DNA of 64,000 nucleotides from Nageia nagi (taxonomy: Eukaryota; Plantae; Pinophyta): the NCBI GenBank assembly GCA_050084985.1, contig JBITNC010000001.1, positions 87,296,001 to 87,360,000 of the forward strand, written 5' to 3'. The translations under genes were made by a program, and so were the position numbers. Below the pieces are notes generated by a model. The model did not search any database. It was not told the DNA's origin and was given only the letters and a program-made list of their open reading frames with translations. Of this stretch, positions 12,362-24,555 are shown piece by piece (positions within the stretch are counted from its first letter, which is position 1; every line of letters starts with the position of its first letter).

Positions 12362-14929
12362 AAATGTAATTAATACTTATTATACTTCTATAAATATTTG
12401 ATTAACATGAAAAATCTTTATCTTTTCAATTATTTTCTATTGCTTCTTATGTGCTTTTTGACATATATTCATCCTCATCATTTCATTAATTCTTCTTCTT
12501 TCATCATGTTTTTATCTCTTTTCTCTTATAAAGATTCTTAAATTTTCCATGTTAAACAAATATATCATATCAATTCAGTATGTGGGATCAATATGAGCAT
12601 TTAGTCATGTATGAATCACACTTGGTCTTCGTTATCAGAAATTGAGTTTAGAATATTGGAATGAATCAAAGGATCAAATGATAAAAATTTCCATATTAGA
12701 TCTATACCTCATGATGATGATAGCATATCATGTCTATATCTAAGGATGGGGTATGTACCTCATGACAATGAATGGTATATCACATACATGGTTGGAAAAT
12801 ATTCAAACCAATCATATATTTGAATCATCTTTTTTGGTTGGATCTAAATTAACTTTCGTTATTTTTATGATCACCTTTGTTGGTTGGTTTTAAACTAACC
12901 ATAACTATGATTTCTCTTTATGATCCTATGTTACATCTATTAATGAGGCTTATACCTCATGATAATGGTGTCATATATTATCTATATCTAGGAATGGGGC
13001 ATGTACCCCATGACGATGTATGGCATCTCTTTATGATCTCCTTTGTTGGTTGGGATATTAACCATCATAACTTGCTTTATGATCATATGTTTGCATCTAG
13101 TAATGAGGTATGTACCTCATGATAATGTAAGTATATCTTGTTATGATCTTGCGTATTGCATTTAGGAATGGGGTATGTACCCCATGACGATGTTGACACA
13201 CCTTGTTATGATCTTGTATGTATGCATATAAGAATGAAACATTGAGTATTTCTATGATGATATCAATCTAATAATAGGATATTTGGTGTTCTCAAGATGA
13301 TGTATGCATATTATATTAATTTCATCCTTGCTACATTATTGTTATATCATTTGTGATGAAATAAATTATTATGATGATTTACTTTCATTATCACTACTAT
13401 ATCTTTTATGAGTTTACCATCACATATATGCTTGGAGTTTGGTCTTTTTATCTCTATTATTTTTAGGTTATTCTTTATTTTTGGTTTATTCTACTTCATG
13501 AAAGCCATTGCATTTCAGAACCAAGGTAAATAGGGGGCAACATACATCATCAAATCCTTAATGATTTAGAAAGCTAAACCAGAGAAGTGTTAAATTTTTC
13601 TTCTCTTGACCTTTACTTCCTTTGCAAGAATAATGTTATTTCAAGATTTAATTTCATTATACTTACAAATGGGGGCATCTGTTGACACCTAAAAGTGGTC
13701 TCCTTAACATGATCCCACTTAGGTGAAACTTTACACATATTTAATCATATTTTAGTCATATTTACCCTTATTATCACATATTTCTCAAGTTATATTTGTA
13801 TGTTTTATGTTAGGTACACTCAAACAACTTCAACCTACATATAAGGGTAAAATGGTGATATCATGCTTGATATAAATGTAAGTATATCTAACCTAGGGAA
13901 AGCATGTCAATATTACATCTTGATAGTTAGTGCCCTACACTTAGGTATTTCTATACGTCACCTATCAAGATTAGAATCTTGTTATCACTCGAGCAAATAT
14001 ATTTCATCCATATTTGTAATTATATTCTTGGCTCAACTTTTTGATATTCTATTGTGCATCAAATCTTGGTGGCTAACTCTACTCATCAGGAACCCTAACA
14101 TTTGAATTGAAGTGTATGCCTATGCTACTATTTCTAGATCTAGATCCCATGCTAGCATGCACACCTACATTGCCTCTCTCTGTTACGCTTAGTGGGGTTC
14201 GCACATCAAGTTCATCTCTCTTCAAAAGTTCATCCTACATATATTTAACTTCGACATAGGTAAGGATACACATGTATTTATCATATACTTCATTCTAATC
14301 TCTTTAGTGCATGCTTTTGTTTAGTATCTTGACATCAATAAAATCCTAGTTATGTTATTGTATCTGCTATACTCTTTATTCATTGTTATTCATATATGTT
14401 TATTTGAGTTAAATAGCTTAGATACTACATACTTAAATGTTTATGTGTATTTAGTTCATTTAGGTTGAAACCTAGGTGTAACAAAATACATATCAATACT
14501 AATCTTAGGAAATATGCACTACACTACTTTTCTAAAGTCTTCATTATTTTGATGCTTTCATATTTCTATAAATGAGCTTATGCAATCTTATTATACAATT
14601 AATTCTATAGTATATTATGTATTTTTGACAAACATCATCTTGTAGAGTATAAAAGATATCCAATACACAAAAATACATACAAGAAATAACTAATACAAAT
14701 AATTCATCATAAATATCACTCATATTTATCTATTAATATTTCAATTGTTAGTAGTCTATATTAGCAAAATTTATCAAAGTGTCAAGAAACATCTCCAAAA
14801 TATAAATAGTTTAGGGAATAAAATTAGGCAAATGATATTAAACTTCAATCTATTTTCTTATCCTATCAACAAGTATTGATATACTTAATTAAAAGGTATT
14901 TACTTTTTCCTTCCTTATTCAATGATATA

Positions 14930-15712
14930 TGTTGACATGTAATTTTGGTCCACCTAAAGTGGCCTCAATTAGGTATTTTATTATGTTAACATTATTTCAT
15001 TTTATTATATTAATATCATATATGTTATGTTGGCCCACTTATGACACCTCTCATGTAATCTCTCCTTTATATGTGCAAGGTACCCCAACATCAATGCTAG
15101 GTTTTATGTGGAGGCACTCTTTCATATTTAAAGGTAAGTATGATTACATGGGAAAGCATCAAGATTTCTTCTTGATAGTTGGTACCTACTTTTAGGTATT
15201 TGTTAATGCTGCCTATTAAGATTGGGATCTTGTTATCACTCAAGCATATCTATTATTCCATCTTTTGTAATTATATATTTATCTTCACTTATCGACATTC
15301 TACTATCAATGATCCTTGATGGAAAATCTCACTCGACCGAAACCCTAACACCCAAACTAGCATGTGTGCCCATGTTGCTATTTTGGAACCTAGTGCCCAC
15401 ACTCCCATAAGTGTATATGTTGATCTTCTTGTTATTGTTGTTTATGGGGTTCACATATCAAGGTTATCTCTCTTCGACAAGCTTAGTCTACATATAATCA
15501 GCTTCTCCTAGGTAAGGATTTATAGGTATGTAGCTATCTCTTGATCCTTTTCTCATTAGTGTATTAGTGTTATCTTGATCCAATAGTCTAATTATTTACT
15601 TTATTCATTTCCATTCTGTTATACTTTAGATTATTATTCTATGATCGAATGTGAATGTTTAGCATAGTTTTCTACCTAGTTTAATATTAAGGGTTATTAA
15701 AAATATTTAACA
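14930..15712 (+). mobile_element. Solo LTR related to the 8360-14498 family
   Basis: TGTTGACA...TTAACA ends, with a perfect ATATA TSD at 14925-14929 and 15713-15717. Shares blocks (GGGAAAGCAT, CTTGATAGTTGGTACC, TCTTGTTATCACTC, AAACCCTAACA) with LTR1 and LTR2. Confidence 0.75.
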
Positions 15713-16944
15713 ATATACTTAGTTTTATAATCTTAAGTTTATTATTTTTGATAAAGTTAACATCAATGGTTTCTTTACTAAGAAAAATAAATTTCCCCTT
15801 AAGTAAGGGAGGAATGCCTAATATGTTTAAATCAATATTTTTATATGCATCTTGATCATATTTAATATTTACCAAAAAAAAACACACACACGTGCACACA
15901 CACACACTTACACTTTTTTGTATGGTCAAATGAAGGAACATCATCTCATGAACTCATGAAGTTTAGTAATGCTTTATCATTCTCAAAGGAATCATATTAA
16001 TATTCTTATGCAAAAAATTTTATCATCTTTAGGTATAATAATAATTATTTATCACTTTCATTTATGTTACTAATTCATGAACATCATAAAAGTTACTATT
16101 TGAATCATAATTATCATTCTCATTATGAAAATGCATTTATTTAAATATGTTAATAGTTTTAAGAAAAGTCAGTCCTTTATATTTAGAATGAAATTAAAAC
16201 GTAATGGGTTCTAATATATATTATTCATTTTCAAGCTTATCCATGTATATAAATAACTTTTCAGCATAATAAGTAGATTCATACCATTAAACTTTCCTAA
16301 GATATTTCTTTTTATTGGTAAACCGCCCCTTCAAGGAATTAACTATGGAATTAGATTCCATATCTTGGGAGTTCTCTTCCTAAAGTTTTGTTTTGTTATC
16401 TATGTTGATTTTTTCTCTTGAAAGAAGTATGATTTTAAGAATAAACAATTATTCATATGGAATTATTTTCTATCTTATGTAATGAGTGCTACAATATTTT
16501 CTATAAAATATTAAGATGTTTATTGAGGTTTATTGAATGACTTAAGGATATTAGAATTACCCTCAAATATTTATTTGTGAGTACTTAATTAAATGGCTTC
16601 AAAATTGATGTTAGCCAATTCATTTAGCATCTCTTTCAATATTTTACTTTATTACCTTATTTCAAATATTGACTCTCAATTTTTAGGGATGATACATAAT
16701 AGTTCAATACTTTAAGGATTGGGAAATTACAAGTAAAGTGCAAAACTATTTCCATTAAAACCATATCTATGCTAAAATAGCTTTGATTCTACTTGGATTA
16801 TATGTATTATTCATTTATATTTTATTTTCAAGAATCTATATTATGTAAAAGTAAGAGCTTTTGATCCATGAATCTAAGATCTTCCAAGTAAATTAAGTTA
16901 TAGGATAATGATCTTCATAACATAATAAATACTATTAATAAGTT

Positions 16945-17220
16945 TTACTCTTCCCTGTTTCCACTCTTCCACTGCGTTTCTGAAGCGGTTGATGCTCGGC
17001 CAACTATGCAACCTGCGCGAACAAAGTGGTTCCGCCTTAAGGTCCAAGGTATCGCTCTCTGAACAGCACTTCTCCATTCCCGTAGGTTGGTGGCTATGGA
17101 TAGCATGAGCAGTGAGCCAATCCTATTCCATCGCTTCGGCTGGAACAACCATGAGTCAGGTTCCGTAACCACGAGAACCAAGAACGAATGAATGCACCGT
17201 CCGTCTCGATCCACTTGCAG
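16945..17220. promoter_or_regulatory. CpG-rich island with composite AC element; candidate distal enhancer of the laccase
   Basis: More than a dozen CpGs in ~275 bp, in flanks almost free of CpG. GTAGGTTGGTGG at 17082-17093 is the reverse complement of CCACCAACCTAC (AC-II ACCAACC overlapping ACCTAC). Confidence 0.45.
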
Positions 17221-18657
17221 CTTTTATCATTCTTATTATTATCTTTTTATTATCAAATCCTCCCTTTATAAAATTAAAAGTTTAAATATTTTTATCTCCT
17301 ATTCCAAACATTTTAAAAAATATCTTGGTGAAAATATTTAATAGTAATCCATCATTGATGAGTACTCTATTAATCTTTCTTCTAAGCATGTAAACTTCAA
17401 TGTCCCAAGGAAGATTTTGAATTATCACATATTTAAAAGGAAATTAGAATTTCTTTTGACTTTAATGAAACATAATATTTGTATCTTATCCAATGATTGA
17501 TTATATCAGCAAAATTAGAATTATTTAAATTTAGAATCATCAATTCTCTTAGTTCTTTTATAACAATTTTATAATAATTCTAGGTCTAGGATGTCAAAGG
17601 ATTTGGTGATTATTATTTTAAGAGCACTAGATTTAGGTTGTTTAAATTTGGTTTCAAGACCTTTCTATGATGATATATTTTACTAAATATTTAGCTTGTC
17701 TAATATATATAGCAAGCAACTTGTTGTTGATTATGATTATGATTATGCTTACAAAATTATTAAATATGGTAAGTTATATATGAGATATTGATCTATCTTA
17801 TTACTTTGTTAATATGGTGTGTCTACAAATTTTAGCTTTTGTTTACATATCCATGTAAGGTGGATTGGTAAAGTAGATGATTTTTATAATGGATACTTTC
17901 ACTTTAAGAGCCAATTCCCTTTTCATGGTTTAATAGTTCTACACAACCCTTGTAGGCTTGGGTGGCTACAATGAAGTATAAGTACCCTTATTTAAAATAA
18001 AAAAGGATTTTAATATATATATATATATAATTGTTCATGGATGAGTTTTCTAATTTGTTTGTTGTAACATCTATTTATTGAATATCTTTTCACTTTATAA
18101 AATCCATGACATTCATGTTCTCTAATGCATGAAGAAAATATTTAATTTAGATCTTTTATTTTGATTAGAAGTAAAGTTATTATTGAGTTTCTAAGAGGCT
18201 CTTCTCTTGTGTCTTTAGGTAGTTGATGTAGTTTTTCAAAAAAAAAAAATTGACTAAAAGAACTAGTAGGTGGATCATGAGAAATATCGTTAATACTTTT
18301 CTTGTAATCATTTTTTTTTAATTAGAGTTTGAAAAAGAAGGAACATGAGAAGAACAACAAATATCTCTTATATCAATCAAAGCATTATCTTTTGCTAAAT
18401 ATTATTACATAAATAAGTAAAATATCTTATAATGATTCTAGAAAATGTTATGATAGTCTTTTGCTAATATTAAATTTTTTTGTAATCATATGTTGGAACA
18501 AAACTACTATGATCTTCATAGGGTTATTTTAATTGATCATTTCTTCGTATTTATGTTGAGAGGTGTTTTATAGTGACAAACTGGGGAGGGGGTAAAAAAA
18601 CCTCATTTATCATTTGTATATCCATTTAACTATAATCTAATGGCACAAACGTAACAT

Positions 18658-18887
18658 TTTTTTTAAGAAACCAACCCTTATGGGAAAATTCCTTAGGGTA
18701 AGCTATCACAACTGAAAGGTATCTAATCCATCAAATTCACCTGAGGCTCACACTTGACCTTATTCGTACCTACTATCATCCAACAAGATTTGTAATTATG
18801 TCCACTTGTTATAAAGAATGAAATTTGAACTTGGACCTTCCATATTTTAGTAGAGAGTTTTAGCTACCCTCTACCCACTAACTCCTC
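18658..18887 (-). mobile_element. Possible decayed tRNA-derived SINE
   Basis: Minus-strand B-box-like GGTCCAAGTTCAAATTTC (18837-18820), a T-run (A-tail) at ~18657-18664, and TAACAT on both flanks (18652, 18888). Length ~230 bp. Confidence 0.35.
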
Positions 18888-19559
18888 TAACATGTTCACA
18901 TACAATTATATATAACATTTGTATAAATAAATATTTGAAATTAATCCATAACTTTTTAAATATATATTTAATTATTTTTATATGATATTTATTAATTTTT
19001 TTTTGTATTTTTATTTAATAATATTTATGTAATGTAGGAAACATTCATTGAATTCTCTATAATATAACATATTATCTATATATATTAATGATCTCATTTA
19101 TTCATAATCTAAGTACTAATTTTGAACTTACACCAACTTTTCTCTCTAACCCCCTCACAAGAAGTGATGAATAAGATTACTTCAATTAAGATATTTTAAC
19201 ATAAATGATAGATGTTTCAATTATCGAGAATATCATCCCAACAACTTCAAAAGGCTAGCTCCTGAATGGCTGTACATTTTTTATTAGCATGGAATTACTC
19301 CCTCCGTCTTCCAAATCGTAGCTGATTACAACTGCTTTGAAAGGTACTGTGCTTCAAACAATAGACTCTTGCTCAACTAGTCCAAGTTCTTCTTCATGAA
19401 GTAGGCTCACCAGAATGTGACAGTAATCCATACCCTAAAACATGCTTAATTAATGATGTTTTTGTCTATGGATCCAAATTTTTGCACCCTCACAGTAGTG
19501 CCACCTGCAAATACTACTGTTTCAAAATGGAAAGCATCAGTCAAAATTCATTTAGTCAA

Positions 19560-19790
19560 AATTCAATTGTGCAGAGCAGTCAGGTTGGTTTGCAGGTGTT
19601 ACCTACGCTTTGTTTTGGCAGCCTGTAAGTAATCAAAGGCCCGAAAGTGTTTTCCATTTACAAGGTCGGCCCACTCAGGAGTTTAGGTGTACATTCGTAT
19701 TCCTTGCTTCCTACGCATAACTTAACCCCATGACAATTACACAACCATGCACCAACACCTGACTTAGAACTACAACATTATAAATATGGA
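19560..19790 (+). promoter_or_regulatory. Laccase proximal promoter: TATA box and AC-type MYB elements
   Basis: TATAAATA at 19779-19786, about 98 bp before the ATG. GGTTGGT (reverse AC-II) at 19583-19589, ACCTAC at 19601 and ACCAAC at 19751. Confidence 0.65.
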
Positions 19791-19876
19791 TAAGCCTTTG
19801 GCATTTTACCAACAAAGACGAATATCAAGAATCCGGTATTCTTTCCATTATCGCCGAGACAAGAGGAGAGGGAGAA

Positions 19877-20011
19877 ATGGTAAGATCGGGGAATTGTTGT
19901 TTTTCGTTTTGCGATGGGAACCAGCGGCTACTAGTGCTCTTGGGCATGTTTGTTTTACTTACCCCTGCCATTGCAACGCATTGGCAGACAACCAGACAAT
20001 ACAAATTCGCT
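19877..20011 (+). CDS. LAC: Laccase exon 1
   Basis: MVRSG...[28 protein letters not shown], followed by a GTAAGT donor. Confidence 0.85.
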
Positions 20012-22090
20012 GTAAGTAAACAAGACGTCTTGATTTTTTGTTCCTTTCCAAGGGATGTATTGATATTAAGGATGGCACTCTGTTAATGTAATGCAGGTGA
20101 GGGTGAAGAACGTAACTCGCCTTTGCAAGACAAAACCTCTGGTAACGGTGAATGGCAAGTATCCAGGACCTACCATCCGCGCCCGCGAGGGTGATCGCGT
20201 CCTCGTCAAAGTCACCAACCACGCCAAAGACAACGTCTCCATTCACTGGTAACGAAAGGATACACTCTATTTCCCAATTGCATTGCGTTAACTTGAGCAT
20301 TATGTCACGTATAGATACCTAACTGATGGATGTTGAATTTGACCTATAAAAATGAAGGCACGGCATTAGACAACTGAGAACTGGATGGGCAGATGGTCCT
20401 GCTTATGTCACTCAATGCCCAATTCAAACAGGCAACTCCTACGTCTACAATTTCACCATCACCGGACAGAGAGGAACTCTGTGGTGGCACGCTCACATTT
20501 CATGGATAAGGGCCTCTGTCTACGGAGCCTTCATCATCTATCCCAAACACCACCAGTCCTACCCATTTCCAAAGCCGTATGCAGAAGTTCCTATTATTTT
20601 TGGTGAGAGTGATATGAGACGAATGTTAGCTCTAACATATCTTTGTTTTAACAACATGATTTTAATGAGTTAAGAATATGGGTACGCAGGAGAATGGTGG
20701 AATGCAGACACTGAGAAAGTGATAAACCAATCTCTTCAGACGGGAGCAGGTCCCAACGTCTCCGATGCTTACACTATGAACGGACTTCCTGGGCCTCTTT
20801 ACAACTGTTCCAATATTTCAGGTAATGCTACGAACTCAACCTAGACGTAATATGAGCTACAGACCTAGATGTATAGATTCAGATCTGATTATGCATTTGG
20901 ATGTGGATATACGCAGATACATTGTGATGAATGTTGTCCCGGGCAAAACATATCTCCTTCGTCTAATCAACGCTGGCATCAACGACGAACTCTTCTTCGG
21001 CTCGCCAATCACAGCATGACAGTGGTAGAGGTGGATGCAGTCTACACCAAACCCTTCCAGACGAATACCATCATGATAACCCCAGGCCAAACCACAAGCG
21101 TACTCCTCAGAACCAATCCCACTACTAATGCAAGCAACTTCTACATGGCAGCACTTCCGTACGCCACAGGCCAGGGAACATTTGACAACTCCACAGTCGC
21201 AGGGATCCTGAGCTACGCCAACTTAACCGCAAATGCTAGTGTTTCCAACTCACTCTTACTAACACTAGTTTTATGATGCCGAGCCTTCCAGCACTGAACG
21301 ATACCTCATCCGCGACCAACTATACAAATAAGTTAAGAAGCTTAGCAAATGCGCAGTTTCCAGCACTGGTGCCGCAGACAGTGGACAAGAAATTCTTCTT
21401 CACGGTGGGTCTGGGATTGAACTCATGCCCACAAGGGCAGACTTGTCAAGGCCCTAACGGAACCAAATTCACCGCCGCCATCAACAACATTTCGTTCGTG
21501 TTGCCCACCACTGCTCTGCTGCAAGCGCACTACTTCGGGCAGAAGAAAGGAGTGTATAGGACCAACTTTCCGGACAATCCGCCGTTCCCTTTCAACTACA
21601 CGGGGAATCAGCCCAACAACACGAACGCCAAGAACGGGACGAGAGTGAGAGTGCTGGCATTCAACGCAACGGTGCAGTTGGTTCTGCAAGACACGAGCAT
21701 CGCGGGCGTGGAGAACCACCCTCTCCACCTGCATGGGTTCAACTTCTTCGTGGTGGGCATGGGGTTCGGCAACTACAACGAATCAAGCGATGCGCCGCAG
21801 TTCAACCTCGTCGACCCTCCCGAGCGTAACACGGTGGGAGTGCCCTCTGGCGGGTGGGTTGCACTGCGCTTCAGAGCGGATAATCCAGGTTGTACTTTGA
21901 ACTGCAATTTTGTTATTTGTTTATATGATGATGGAGAGTAATGTAAATGTGGATGTCAGGAGTGTGGTTCATGCATTGCCATCTGGAGGTTCACACCAGC
22001 TGGGGATTGAAGATGGCGTGGGTTGTGAAGAATGGCAAGGGACCTCTTCAATCTCTCCTTCCGCCACCGTCAGATCTTCCACCCTGCTAA
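19877..22090 (+). CDS. LAC: Laccase (multicopper oxidase), LAC2/LAC17-like, 6 exons; frameshifted three times in exon 5 as given (assembly error or recent pseudogene)
   Basis: Exons 19877-20011, 20097-20248, 20358-20602, 20690-20821, 20917-21888 and 21960-22090, all with GT-AG introns. Hydrophobic signal-like N-terminus. Copper motifs HWHG, WWHAH, HPLHLHG and [12 protein letters not shown] are intact; the protein ends PPPSDLPPC*. About 589 aa if three single bases are restored. Confidence 0.93.
20097..20248 (+). CDS. LAC: Laccase exon 2
   Basis: [51 protein letters not shown]; 152 nt. Confidence 0.93.
20358..20602 (+). CDS. LAC: Laccase exon 3
   Basis: [25 protein letters not shown]...[11 protein letters not shown]...EVPIIF; 245 nt. 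Confidence 0.93.
20690..20821 (+). CDS. LAC: Laccase exon 4
   Basis: [44 protein letters not shown]. Confidence 0.92.
20917..21888 (+). CDS. LAC: Laccase exon 5 (three -1 frameshifts)
   Basis: Laccase sequence is split across three ORF-track frames: [25 protein letters not shown] / [18 protein letters not shown]... / [11 protein letters not shown]...HPLHLHG...FRADNPG. Confidence 0.88.
21960..22090 (+). CDS. LAC: Laccase exon 6
   Basis: [49 protein letters not shown] follows at ~22198. Confidence 0.93.
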
Positions 22091-22899
22091 AACACAAATC
22101 ACCGCAGGCTCTTCTCATCGTGCTGCTTTTCCTCTCCCGATGTTCAAACAAACGAAAATAGTTGCATTTTGTTAGAGTGAATTATGTCCTACTTCTCAAT
22201 AAAATTAATCCGAGTCCTACATTTTCTTTTTGCCCATGTTTCTATACTGGTAGTTTAAGAGATAAATCACGATGGAGCTTCAGTCAATAGCTTTGCTTTG
22301 TTCAACTAAAATCGGAATGAAGAATCAACACCCACAAAATGTCTAGTGGGCACCAACTAAACACACTGAATAATTCATGGTAACTTCAAACAGTGCAACG
22401 TTTTTTACAAAGCTTACAATTAGCATATTGTTAACTTGAAAAAAATATATGGAGAATTTGTAACATATGATTAACACATACAAGTTGTTAGTGGTACTTA
22501 AAAAAACATGAATGAAGTATTAGTAAAATTAATGGATCATTATTATTAATTTTAAAAAGAAAGAAAACAAATGCTTTTCTATATTAACAATACAAGTTGG
22601 TTGGTATTTAAAATAAATGGTATATTATTACTCAATGTAAAACCTTACCTTCTTTGTACTTGTATAAACCTTCTCCAATCTCTTCATCAATATCCTTACC
22701 ATTTCCCTCTACTTTTTCCATTACTTTAAATCATAATGACATAGTATCATGTTAAAAGTCCCTAAATACCCCCACCTACTCGAACTTCCTTCCTCCTTCT
22801 AGAGACCCTTTGAACAACTAGCCTTCTAGCATGCTTTAATGCTCTCATTGCCCCATCAAGGAGAGAGGAGTTCCACAAGAGAAAAGGCACCAAAAGCAC

Positions 22900-24420
22900 T
22901 TCATACATAAGAATCATTAGCAATTTATCACTAATGATTTTGAATCTTTTATGAACTTTGAATGTTGAAGAAGTTATGCTTTTAAATCACTCCTCATGAG
23001 AGTTTTATCATGGAATGTTTGAGGACTGACAAACCTAGTTAGAAAATATATGATTTGATATTTTTTTATTATTGCTTAATGCTATGGTTCAATTGATTTC
23101 ATTTATTTACAATAAGTCAAGATTTTTTATTATAAAATACTTAACAATTTATTTGACCTACCAATTAATTGTATGTAACTTCTTACAATTTGAAAGTGGA
23201 CCTATTATTAACTACTATCTTTTTATTGCCTAATTATTATTTTCATTTTGTGACTTGGGGAGTGGATCTATCTTCTCGTGTTACTTGGATCCTTTTAGAT
23301 ATTTTTTGACTAGCTATTTAGAATAATTAGTTTTAATATTCCAAATAATGCACCTAATCAATATGATTTATGGTGTTGAATTACCCTTTTTCTTCCTCTT
23401 TTCAATTAATGCATATGTAAATATTTCAATATAATTGAATGTGCTTTTGATAAGATAGGTATCCTTATTATGCAGAAGGTTGTAGGTGTGAGGGAGACAT
23501 GGTTTTTCATAAAAAATAAATTTGACCTATTATTCTTTTCAGCCTTTATCTTTTATAAGCATATTTGGTTTTCTTAGTCTAATCAACAAAGAGGATAAAA
23601 TCACATTCTTAAACAACTTAAATACATTATATGTTCTAAGCAATATTCATTTAGTTTTTCTTACAATTTTTATTATTATCCTCTTATAGAGGCCATTTTT
23701 ATGATCATTTTTCTATTATTTTATATATTGATTATTCCTTGGTTTGACTTTGTTATAAATCTTGATTTTTTTATGAATATTTTCTTTTTCCATCATCCTA
23801 CTTCTATCATTCATATAAAGAGAATATGAAAATTTATCCTTTATCCTAATCAAGATCAAGGTTGGATTACTTTGTAGTTTGATTCCATTTGAAGAATTGT
23901 TACTTTTCTTAGAATGCTGGGCTTGAAATATTTTAGATTTCATCATTATTTTAATATAATTTTAAAAATATAATTATATTAATCCTTTCTTCATTTGGAA
24001 GCATGTTGGTTTAATTCTTCTCTTTGATGTCATGTATCTTTGAAAGTTCACCACTAGCTTATGATTACCAAACTTTATTAATCTCATGAAGCCCATATAT
24101 GTCAAATATCATATGCCTTATTTTAATATTGGTGATAAGGTTTCTAAGGAGTTTTTTTATAACCTCAAGCCTCACCATAATAATTCCCAAATCAAGGTCA
24201 TTTAAGAAGATGATATCCATATAATAACTTTATAAATCATTTATATATCAAGAATTTATCTAGCATTATCAATAGGTTTTTTCTTCATAACTTTTTCTAT
24301 CTAAAGAGAGTAGGCTCTCTATGATTGTCTTACAATTATTCCAAAAAAAATATTTGAGGTAGAAACACTTATCTATAATTAACCTCTTTCACTCAAATAT
24401 GTAATTAAGCTTACCTATGT
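22900..24420 (+). mobile_element. Highly decayed L1-type LINE ORF2 remnant
   Basis: About 24122-24203 reads FNIGDKVSKEFFYNLKPHHNNSQIKVI, resembling the GD..T/SKFF motif between endonuclease and RT. Boundaries are uncertain. Confidence 0.4.
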
Positions 24421-24555
24421 ATAACTATCTCCATACTTTCCTATGGTTGATAAACTAAATAACTAATAAGGCATTTCCTCACCCAAATACATTTAGGCTT
24501 GATGCTTAAAAATAATCTTGAATTCTTATTTAAATTCCAAATAGGCCTTTTTCAT

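Larger units (their letters stand above)
8360..14498 (+). mobile_element. Complete but old non-autonomous Ogre/Tat-like (Ty3/gypsy) LTR element
   Basis: LTR1 is 8360-9163 (TGTTGACACC...CCAACA) and LTR2 is 13680-14498. Flanks TTAAT/CTAAT form a 5-bp TSD with one C>T change. GGGGGCA PPT precedes LTR2. Gag-type knuckle PSWYKENYF-CLYHKVKGHSTNGC at ~10471-10539. No pol domains seen. Confidence 0.8.

Noticed and set aside
6700-13250. Tandem arrays as CRISPR-like repeat-spacer loci
   Set aside because: Units are homologous along their full length with no unique spacers, there are no cas genes, and the context is eukaryotic.
16945-17214. 89-aa minus-strand ORF in the CpG island
   Set aside because: It has a non-ATG start and no motif, and is explained by locally higher GC.
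20917-21275. Programmed frameshifting or insertional RNA editing rescuing the laccase
   Set aside because: There are no slippery heptamers at the sites and no such mechanism is known for plant nuclear mRNAs. Although the shifts sum to -3, stop codons intervene.
19959-22161. Antisense and alternative-frame ORFs over the laccase (e.g. 19959-20300, 21423-21734, 21910-22161)
   Set aside because: These are shadow ORFs of GC-rich laccase exons.
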